A stretch of DNA of 15,311 bases from Escherichia coli. Lineage in GTDB: Bacteria; Pseudomonadota; Gammaproteobacteria; Enterobacterales; Enterobacteriaceae. The stretch lies in NCBI RefSeq assembly GCF_003334815.1, contig NZ_QOWO01000056.1. One strand, given 5' to 3'. The notes under the pieces are model-generated. The model saw only the letters and a program-made list of their open reading frames with translations. It ran no database searches and was not told where the DNA came from. Positions 9,381-15,311 of the stretch are shown here, in pieces. Both the position numbers and the translations under genes were made by a program. Within the stretch, counting starts at the first letter, position 1. The number at the start of each line of letters is the position of its first letter.

Positions 9381-9600
9381 AAGGACTCCTTTTTTAAGGG
9401 AAATTAATGCTTATGACATCTGAATAGTATGTTGGCCAACACTAGTTACTTGCCGTAATTAACTATATTTTGCAATGATAATTTGAACTAAATTTGTACG
9501 CCTGTTAAATATTTAATAATAATATCAGTTGGTTATGTTTGTGTGGTTATTGTTTTTTTACAAAAATTAATATTGTGTTTACATTTTGCTTTCAGTTGCT
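9381..9600 (-). promoter_or_regulatory. Putative mcb operon promoter region (Pmcb)
   Basis: About 220 bp of very AT-rich non-coding DNA directly upstream of mcbA. The mcb operon is known to be driven by a stationary-phase, OmpR-dependent promoter upstream of mcbA. Exact -35/-10 not assigned. Confidence 0.45.
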
Positions 9601-9635
9601 GTCAGGATGTCACACTACCCCTTTAAGCCCCCACT

Positions 9636-9834
9636 GGTCTGGCAGGGCCGGGGGTGGGTAAGGTGAAACCTGTCAATCAGTACCGGCTTACGCCGGTATC
9701 ATATGCAACAACTGAGTGCCGCCTTCCATGCCGCTGGTGCGGCATATCCTGGTGACGATATCTGAATTGTTATAGATATGTATATACGTAGTAATGACAA
9801 GAATAGGATAAGTTAAAAATTTACAGGAGATGCA
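9636..9834 (+). repeat. Copy 2 of the diverged ~200-bp direct repeat, upstream of the small membrane protein gene
   Basis: See copy 1. Conserved hairpins CCGGCTTACGCCGG and ATGCCGC-NNNN-GCGGCAT (loop TGAA in copy 1, TGGT in copy 2, stem identical). Confidence 0.7.
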
Positions 9835-10131
9835 ATGATTCAGACACGTAATCAATATCTGCAGTTTATGCTGGTTATGCTGGCTGCATGGGGCATTAGC
9901 TGGGGAGCCAGATTTGTCATGGAGCTGGCCGTTCTGCTTTATGGGCCAGGAAAAAACTATTTGTTCTTCAGTCATGGTGCTGTTCTGATGTACCTGCTGT
10001 GTGTTTTCCTGGTATACCGCCGTTGGATAGCTCCACTACCGGTCGTTGGTCAGCTGCGCAACGTTGGCGTACTGTGGCTGGTCGGTGCGATGGCCGTGGT
10101 GTATATCGGTGTATTTCTGCTCGATCGATAG
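9835..10131 (+). CDS. Small hydrophobic membrane protein, 98 aa, about 3 predicted TM segments, function unknown
   Basis: Good Shine-Dalgarno (AGGAG 5 nt upstream); three hydrophobic stretches (FMLVMLAAWGISW, AVLMYLLCVFLVY, VLWLVGAMAVVYIGVFLL); GC-rich codon usage in contrast to the adjacent mcb genes. Confidence 0.6.
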   Translation: MIQTRNQYLQFMLVMLAAWGISWGARFVMELAVLLYGPGKNYLFFSHGAVLMYLLCVFLVYRRWIAPLPVVGQLRNVGVLWLVGAMAVVYIGVFLLDR

Positions 10132-10175
10132 GAATATTCCGGCAAGTGTCATCTGTATTTAAAGGTCGTGTGAGT

Positions 10176-10628
10176 ATGAAATTTATGGAATGTGCTGTCC
10201 GGGATGTGATTTATGGGACCAATGTCCGTATTGTCAAACCGGTCAACATTTATGAATGTGAACTCAGGGACAATGTGTTTGTCGGCCCCTTCGTTGAGAT
10301 ACAGAAAGGCTGTGTCATTGGTAGTGGAAGCCGGATACAGTCGCACACGTTTATTTGTGAGAACGTAACACTGGGGGAGAACTGCTTCATTGGTCATAAC
10401 GTGACGTTCGCCAACGATCTGTTTCGTTCAGGAGCACCAGATCCGTCACCGGATAACTGGATCAGCATTACCCTGGGGGATTCGGTTACTGTTGGCAGTG
10501 GAGCCATTATTCTGTCTCCGTATATATGCAGCGGAGCTGTTATTGGTGCGGGTTCAGTTGTGGTAAAACCGATTGAGAACAAAGGCATTTATGCAGGAAA
10601 CCCGGCAAGACTGCTCAGAATATTATGA
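10176..10628 (+). CDS. Hexapeptide-repeat (left-handed beta-helix) acyl/acetyltransferase, about 150 aa
   Basis: Repeated [LIV]-G-x-x-x-x hexapeptide pattern and the characteristic C-terminal ..IGAGSVVVKPIENKGIYAGNPARLLR. The track ORF 9999..10628 has an implausible N-terminal extension overlapping the membrane protein gene; the ATG at 10176 (MKFMECAV..) is the likely start. Confidence 0.75.
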   Translation: MKFMECAVRDVIYGTNVRIVKPVNIYECELRDNVFVGPFVEIQKGCVIGSGSRIQSHTFICENVTLGENCFIGHNVTFANDLFRSGAPDPSPDNWISITLGDSVTVGSGAIILSPYICSGAVIGAGSVVVKPIENKGIYAGNPARLLRIL

Positions 10629-10633
10629 AAAAG

Positions 10634-10658
10634 AAAAGGGCCGTTACTGGCCCTTTTT
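10634..10658 (+). terminator. Rho-independent terminator after the acetyltransferase gene (possibly bidirectional)
   Basis: AAAA-GGGCC-GTTACT-GGCCC-TTTTT: GC stem flanked by an A-run and a T-run, 6 nt after the stop codon. Confidence 0.7.
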
Positions 10659-11031
10659 ATCAGAGGTAGGTCTGTGAATACGGTAGGTGTACAGAAATCG
10701 ACTGCCGGGGATCGATTTCCAGGGCCGCCCGGTATTCTGCGTCAGTGATATCACCTTTTTTTCAGTAAATAACCGAGAGCATCGTTTCCCAGCCCTGACA
10801 GTATGCGTATTCTGGCGACCCGGACTGGCAAATAACCCATCAAAAACGTTATTGCCAGACATTGCGAACTCACCAATTTTGATTATTGGAGCCACTTTTT
10901 CATAAGTTCCGTGAAATTATTTCATAATAACGACCATGTTTATTTTATGTAATGACTGGCAATAAAATAACTTGATTAAGTTCCCTTTATCCAGCCTGAT
11001 AGTGGATAAAGGAAACTCAATCATAATTTAA

Positions 11032-11385
11032 TTAGTTTATTAACTTCATCGCATTCTTTTTTGTCTCCTCATCACTTTTTTGCTCCGATTGTGAAGAGGA
11101 CTGAATGATTGTTGAAGAATTTAAATCGGCCATCTCTTTTGGAAATAGCGATCTCAATATATTCACGATATCTGAAAATGTGGTTTCTTTCGTCAGCAAT
11201 TCACATAAAAGGAAAGGGGCCCTGGGATCTTGTCTGTATAAGGCCAGACCTGCCGTCAGTGCAGCCCGGTTAAGGCGGCTGCGTTCCCCTTGCGGGATAC
11301 TGTCCAGTGTATCACAAACAATTTTATCTGTTTGATTTACATCTGGATTTAGCTTAAAGGCAATGGTTCTGCGCTTGTCCATCAT
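11032..11385 (-). CDS. parR: Plasmid partition centromere-binding adaptor ParR (StbB), 117 aa
   Basis: Translation [50 protein letters not shown].. is recognised as R1/R100-type ParR; TAATG stop/start overlap with parM. Confidence 0.9.
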   Translation of the reverse strand: MMDKRRTIAFKLNPDVNQTDKIVCDTLDSIPQGERSRLNRAALTAGLALYRQDPRAPFLLCELLTKETTFSDIVNILRSLFPKEMADLNSSTIIQSSSQSEQKSDEETKKNAMKLIN

Positions 11386-12347
11386 TAATTACCTATGAGA
11401 TACATACCGTTAACTAAATCATATTGAGAGTTATTGGTTTTAAAAAAACGTTCATCACGAATCTGTGTGTTTTTTTTTACTGCATCGCATATTAATTCTG
11501 CGCCACCACCTATAACCATAACATGAGTATAACCAGAAAATTCATTGAGTGTATTTAATACACGTTGCTCAAGTTTACGAAGTGCTTCATTCATTGCTTC
11601 GGTGACTATTGATATTTTGTTCTCATCATTAATTCGTTGCTTCAGATAGTTATTATCTTTTCTGTGAATAATTATATCGTCAGCAAGATAGCTACTTCCT
11701 TTTGTTCTCGCAAGAGAAAGGGCATCTTTTACTGCAGATGTGACCAGAGATACACCAAGAGATGAGTCTCCGTATATTTTACTGATCCCCGATAATTTCC
11801 CCATTACCTGAGAAATATCTAATGTGGTGCCCCCGAGATCTATAATTAATAAAGAATCTAACTCATCCAGTTCTTGTAGAACTTCATAACCTGCCGGTAT
11901 AGATTCAGGCATGACTTTTACATCTTTTATTGTGAATGCATCCCCACCATTTAATGTAATTTTTTTCCGGAAGTTTGCTTTCTTACGCTCAATATTTTCC
12001 GTATTGGGTTGGTTATTCCTGTCGTAATACTCTGTCAGAGGAAGTGTGCAAACAATATCCACTTCACTTACCGGCAGGCCACTGGTCAGTAAGGCGTGGT
12101 GCACCGCAACGACATTAACGTCGCTGTATTGCCATGCGATATTGGTTGTGACTACAGCATCCGGGCTGATTGGATCAAATGAATACTGTTCGCCGTTCAG
12201 TGTGTAGTTAAAGACCTTTTTATCACCAAAAGAAACTGCCCACTCGCGTTTGAAGCTGTTCGGGCTAATGTGCTGTTTAATTGTTCCGTCGCTTTCCTGC
12301 CACTGTAGTTTGATGTTTGTTGAACCGTCATCAATGAATACCAACAT
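11385..12347 (-). CDS. parM: Plasmid segregation actin-like ATPase ParM (StbA), 320 aa
   Basis: Translation [36 protein letters not shown].. is recognised as R1-type ParM (actin fold, 320 aa); Shine-Dalgarno AGGAG upstream. Confidence 0.95.
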   Translation of the reverse strand: MLVFIDDGSTNIKLQWQESDGTIKQHISPNSFKREWAVSFGDKKVFNYTLNGEQYSFDPISPDAVVTTNIAWQYSDVNVVAVHHALLTSGLPVSEVDIVCTLPLTEYYDRNNQPNTENIERKKANFRKKITLNGGDAFTIKDVKVMPESIPAGYEVLQELDELDSLLIIDLGGTTLDISQVMGKLSGISKIYGDSSLGVSLVTSAVKDALSLARTKGSSYLADDIIIHRKDNNYLKQRINDENKISIVTEAMNEALRKLEQRVLNTLNEFSGYTHVMVIGGGAELICDAVKKNTQIRDERFFKTNNSQYDLVNGMYLIGN

Positions 12348-12362
12348 TTATAAAACTCCTTA

Positions 12363-12515
12363 TGGTGTTTTTTTTGGTGTTTGTTTGGGTGTGTTTTGGG
12401 TTTTAAGTGGGTTTATTTGTCAAGTTTACCCCATTTTAACTATCAATCAATGATTATTTGTCTTGTTTTGGTGTTTTATTGGGTTTGGCGTGGGTTGTTT
12501 TTGGGTTTTGTTTGG
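12363..12515 (-). repeat. parC: parC centromere: two clusters of five 11-bp iterons flanking the par promoter
   Basis: Directly visible 11-bp direct repeats ending in TGG/GGG (TGGTGTTTTTT, TTGGTGTTTGT, TTGGGTGTGTT, TTGGGTTTTAA, GTGGGTTTATT, then a ~43-bp spacer, then TCTTGTTTTGG, TGTTTTATTGG, GTTTGGCGTGG, GTTGTTTTTGG, GTTTTGTTTGG). This is the known R1 parC architecture. Confidence 0.8.
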
Positions 12516-12524
12516 CGGATAACA

Positions 12525-12860
12525 AAAGATGTCGCCGGGCTCCTCTTTTTACTGCGCCGGCTGACGCGGCGCGGCAGGAACGCTGCCTGTGGTCAGTGTC
12601 CCGCGTCCGGCCGGGCACGGGACGGGCGCTTTTACCGCTCCCGGCTGGCGTCGGTGACAGTGTACGCCAGCTCGTCGCCCTTTTCTGATGAGCGCCCTTC
12701 AAGCCGCTTTCGCGGCATAGCCTTGCCGTCAAAAAGACGACGGCTGCGGTATTCCACGGTCGGCCTGACCCGTTACCGGACGCGGTGAACAGCCCACAGG
12801 CAGCGGGGAACGGGCACCACAGGGGTGCCCTCCCGGTGCCCTCTGTAAGAGAAGGAGCGT
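12525..12860 (+). promoter_or_regulatory. GC-rich, hairpin-dense non-coding region upstream of the methyltransferase; candidate single-strand initiation / ssDNA promoter (Frpo-like) element
   Basis: Numerous inverted repeats (GACGCGG..CCGCGTC, GCTGGCGT-12nt-ACGCCAGC, CGGCA-TAGCCT-TGCCG, GGGCAC-CACAGG-GTGCCC). Its first ~40 bp (AAAAGATGTCGCCGGGCTCC..TTTAC..) recur at 15085. The functional assignment is inference. Confidence 0.35.
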
Positions 12861-12864
12861 TGTT

Positions 12865-13548
12865 ATGTCCCGTTTTGTCCTCGGTAACTGCATCGATGTT
12901 ATGGCCCGTATTCCTGATAACGCCATTGATTTCATACTGACTGACCCGCCGTACCTCGTCGGTTTTCGTGACCGTTCCGGGCGCACCATCGCTGGCGATA
13001 AAACCGATGAATGGCTGCAACCGGCCTGTAATGAAATGTACCGCGTACTCAAAAAAGATGCGCTGATGGTCAGCTTCTATGGCTGGAACCGCGTCGATCG
13101 CTTTGTGGCCGCCTGGAAAAATGCGGGATTCAGCGTGGTTGGTCACCTGGTCTTCACCAAAAACTACACATCGAAGGCCGCATATGTGGGCTATCGCCAC
13201 GAATGCGCTTACATCCTGGCAAAGGGCAGTCCGGCCCGGCCCCGTAACCCTCTGCCGGATGTGCTGGGCTGGAAATATTCGGGCAACCGCCATCACCCGA
13301 CGGAAAAGCCCGTTACCAGCCTGCAACCACTGATTGAGAGCTTCACACATCCGAACGCGATTGTGCTGGACCCGTTTGCAGGCAGCGGCTCAACCTGCGT
13401 CGCCGCCCTCCAGTCCGGACGTCGGTATATCGGTATCGAGCTGCTTGAGCAGTATCACCGTACCGGACAGCAACGTCTGGATGCCGTACAGCGGGCCATG
13501 CAGCAGGGGGCCGCAAATGATGACTGGTTTATGCCGGAGGCTGCGTAA
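12865..13548 (+). CDS. Orphan DNA methyltransferase, beta-class N6-adenine/N4-cytosine type, 227 aa
   Basis: Catalytic motif IV DPPY (..FILTDPPYLVGF..) precedes the SAM-binding motif I (..LDPFAGSGSTCVAA..), the beta-class order. No adjacent restriction endonuclease gene. Shine-Dalgarno AAGGAG upstream. Confidence 0.85.
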   Translation: MSRFVLGNCIDVMARIPDNAIDFILTDPPYLVGFRDRSGRTIAGDKTDEWLQPACNEMYRVLKKDALMVSFYGWNRVDRFVAAWKNAGFSVVGHLVFTKNYTSKAAYVGYRHECAYILAKGSPARPRNPLPDVLGWKYSGNRHHPTEKPVTSLQPLIESFTHPNAIVLDPFAGSGSTCVAALQSGRRYIGIELLEQYHRTGQQRLDAVQRAMQQGAANDDWFMPEAA

Positions 13549-13770
13549 ATGAACTATGCCGGACATGAAAAACTTCGCGCCGAAGTGGCGGAGGTGGCCA
13601 ATGCCATGTGCGACCTGCGTACAACCATGAATGAGATGGAGCGGCGGTACAGCTTTAATGCTGACACCCTGCCGGAACGTCTGGTGCGTCAGACGTTGTT
13701 TCGCGCAAACCGCCTCCTGATGGAGGCATATACCGAAATTCTGGAACTGGATTCCTGCTTCAAAGATTGA
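13549..13770 (+). CDS. Hypothetical small protein, 73 aa (plasmid leading-region type)
   Basis: ORF starts at the stop codon of the methyltransferase gene, suggesting coupling; no motif recognised. Confidence 0.5.
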   Translation: MNYAGHEKLRAEVAEVANAMCDLRTTMNEMERRYSFNADTLPERLVRQTLFRANRLLMEAYTEILELDSCFKD

Positions 13771-13781
13771 GGGGAGAGAGT

Positions 13782-14216
13782 ATGTACGGAACATGCGAAA
13801 TACTCTGCCGGGAGCTGGCAGCAAAGTATCCGGGAGACACGCCGCTGATGCTGGTTATCTGGTCTCCGGAAGAGATTCAGGCCCTTGCTGACGGAATGGA
13901 TATTTCCCTGTCCGATCATGAAATCAGGACCGTCCTGGCGCGCCTGGAGGACATCCCGGAAGACCAGCGGACTGAGTCCGGTATTTCTTCGGGTGCGGCT
14001 ATGGAGATTATCAGCAACGTGAGTGAAAACCGCCAGGTGACCGTCCCTGCTGAACTGCTGGCGTCCCTGATTCAGACCGCTGAACAGGCATTGTGGAAGC
14101 GTGAATGGGCCGCCCGTGATAACGGCCTCGTCGTCCCGGAATGCGTCACCCGCCGTCAGGCGGTGGTTAATCAGGCCCGCGCCCTGCTGAAAAACAACAC
14201 ACACGAAAACGACTGA
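13782..14216 (+). CDS. Hypothetical protein, about 144 aa (plasmid leading-region type)
   Basis: ORF with purine-rich Shine-Dalgarno (GAGGGGAGAGAG) before the ATG at 13782; the track's TTG start at 13767 is less likely. No confident family assignment. Confidence 0.6.
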   Translation: MYGTCEILCRELAAKYPGDTPLMLVIWSPEEIQALADGMDISLSDHEIRTVLARLEDIPEDQRTESGISSGAAMEIISNVSENRQVTVPAELLASLIQTAEQALWKREWAARDNGLVVPECVTRRQAVVNQARALLKNNTHEND

Positions 14217-14260
14217 TGTTATCGCCGCCTGCGGGCGGCGATTCAGGGAGACCATTAATC

Positions 14261-15031
14261 ATGAACAAAACGCTGAATGCACTGGTTTGTCGCCACGCCC
14301 GTAACCTGCTGCTGGCGCAGGGCTGGCCGGAAGAGACGGATATTGAACAACTGAATCCGCACTATCCGGGCTGGATCAGCATTTATGTGCGACTGGATGT
14401 ATCCCGGCTGGCGACGTTACTTATCAGCCGCCATGATGGCGTGCTGCCGCCGGTCCTGGCGTCTGCCATGCAAAAACTGACCGGAACCGTGGCGGAACTT
14501 GTACTGTCCGGCAGCCAGTGGCAGGCGCTGCCGGTACTTCCGGCAGACGGAACGCAGGTGTCTTTCCCGTATGCCGGTGAATGGCTGACGGAGGAAGAAA
14601 TCAGGGCAGTTCTTGATGCGGTGCGCGATGCAGTACGAAGCATCTGTTACCAGGTGGCAGACGATGCGCGGCGTATCCGGGCGGCGCTGACCACCACCGG
14701 TCAGACGTTGCTGACCCGGCAGACGCGCCGCTTTCGTCTGGTTGTGAAGGAAAGCGATTACCCCTGCTGGCTTGATGAGGACGACGAAAACCTGCCCGTG
14801 GTGCTCGATGCCATCCTGAACCGGGGCGCACGTTTTTCGGCGGTGGAAATGTACCTGGTCAGTGAGTGTGTGGAGCATATCCTGGCCAGTGGTCTGGTCT
14901 GTGATGTGCTGCGTATACCGGATGAACCGTCCCGTCGCTGGTTTGACAGGGATATTCTGCGGGAGGTTGTTCTGGAGGCACGGGATGAAATCCGCAGCAT
15001 GGCGGATGCACTGGCGAAAATCCGGAAATGA
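14261..15031 (+). CDS. Hypothetical protein, about 256 aa (plasmid leading-region type)
   Basis: Long GC-rich ORF; the ATG at 14261 (MNKTLNALV..) is preceded by Shine-Dalgarno AGGGAG. The track's upstream start at 14216 would overlap the previous gene and lacks an RBS. Confidence 0.6.
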   Translation: MNKTLNALVCRHARNLLLAQGWPEETDIEQLNPHYPGWISIYVRLDVSRLATLLISRHDGVLPPVLASAMQKLTGTVAELVLSGSQWQALPVLPADGTQVSFPYAGEWLTEEEIRAVLDAVRDAVRSICYQVADDARRIRAALTTTGQTLLTRQTRRFRLVVKESDYPCWLDEDDENLPVVLDAILNRGARFSAVEMYLVSECVEHILASGLVCDVLRIPDEPSRRWFDRDILREVVLEARDEIRSMADALAKIRK

Positions 15032-15038
15032 TGACGCT

Positions 15039-15062
15039 GGCGGGGAAAAATCTCCGCCTTTT
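15039..15062 (+). terminator. Rho-independent terminator after the 256-aa gene
   Basis: GGCGGGGA-AAAA-TCTCCGCC stem (8 bp, one G-U pair) followed by TTTT, beginning 8 nt after the stop codon. Confidence 0.6.
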
Positions 15063-15082
15063 CCAGCCGGTCCCCGGACAGA

Positions 15083-15311
15083 GCAAAAGGATGTCGCCGC
15101 AGGCTCCGCTTTACCCGGCCATGCGGGGCATGGCCTTGTGGGTTTTCAGTTATGTGGCCTCAGCGTCGTGTGCGGGCTGTGCCGTGCCTCCATCTTAGCC
15201 GGGCTGGCGGGGATGCAAGGGTAAAATGCACGCGGCGGTCACCCGGTCCCTCCTTCCCGTCTGCCGTGATTTTCCGGTCGTTCACCCGCTCAGATTTCGC
15301 GGTCTCACCCT
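15083..15311 (+). promoter_or_regulatory. Second GC-rich structured non-coding region with a motif shared with 12525-12565; runs off the window
   Basis: AAAAGGATGTCGCCGCAGGCTCCGCTTTACCCGGCC aligns with AAAAGATGTCGCCGGGCTCCTCTTTTTACTGCGCCGGC at 12525. GC-rich with inverted repeats; no convincing ORF. Confidence 0.3.

Noticed and set aside
9688-9975. 95-aa minus-strand ORF across repeat copy 2 and the start of the membrane protein gene
   Set aside because: Overlaps the repeat element and the better-supported plus-strand gene (good RBS, transmembrane segments) on the opposite strand.
9999-10175. N-terminal extension of the acetyltransferase ORF (track start at 9999)
   Set aside because: The extension overlaps the membrane protein gene in another frame and has no hexapeptide repeats or RBS; the ATG at 10176 is the plausible start.
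10644-10905. 83-aa minus-strand and 72-aa plus-strand ORFs between the acetyltransferase terminator and parR
   Set aside because: They overlap each other and the terminator hairpin; no RBS or motif. The region may hold regulatory DNA, but I cannot support a CDS.
12363-12515. CRISPR array
   Set aside because: The only regularly spaced short repeats are the 11-bp parC iterons, which have no spacers; no cas genes present. Not CRISPR.
12454-13350. 298-aa minus-strand ORF
   Set aside because: Lies antisense to the methyltransferase gene and the GC-rich structured region; Arg/Ala/Gly-rich composition typical of shadow ORFs in GC-rich DNA; no RBS or motif.
14383-15086. Cluster of minus-strand ORFs (75-153 aa) and a 120-aa plus-strand ORF at 14862-15224
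   Set aside because: All overlap the 256-aa plus-strand gene or the GC-rich structured region; compositions typical of GC-rich shadow frames.

Overview
This window reads as a segment of an F-like (IncFII/R1-R100-type) conjugative plasmid. It contains, in order: (i) the 3' part of an IS21-family insertion sequence (istA C-terminus and complete istB) running off the left edge; (ii) an AT-rich accessory module carrying two unrecognised genes (294 aa and 221 aa) and the complete microcin B17 operon mcbABCDEFG on the minus strand; (iii) a small membrane protein plus hexapeptide-repeat acetyltransferase pair with its own terminator; (iv) the parMRC (stbAB) partition locus with visible parC iterons; (v) a GC-rich block with an orphan beta-class DNA methyltransferase and three small hypothetical genes of the kind found in plasmid leading regions. 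The most unusual observations are a pair of diverged ~200-bp direct repeats with conserved hairpins that bracket the microcin module, each ending at a start codon; an McbA precursor with an apparently shortened poly-Gly linker; a hairpin that sequesters the mcbB ribosome-binding site; and the two unrecognised AT-rich genes beside the mcb operon. No rRNA, tRNA or CRISPR array was seen. All calls rest on reading the sequence and recalled family knowledge; no database search was run.
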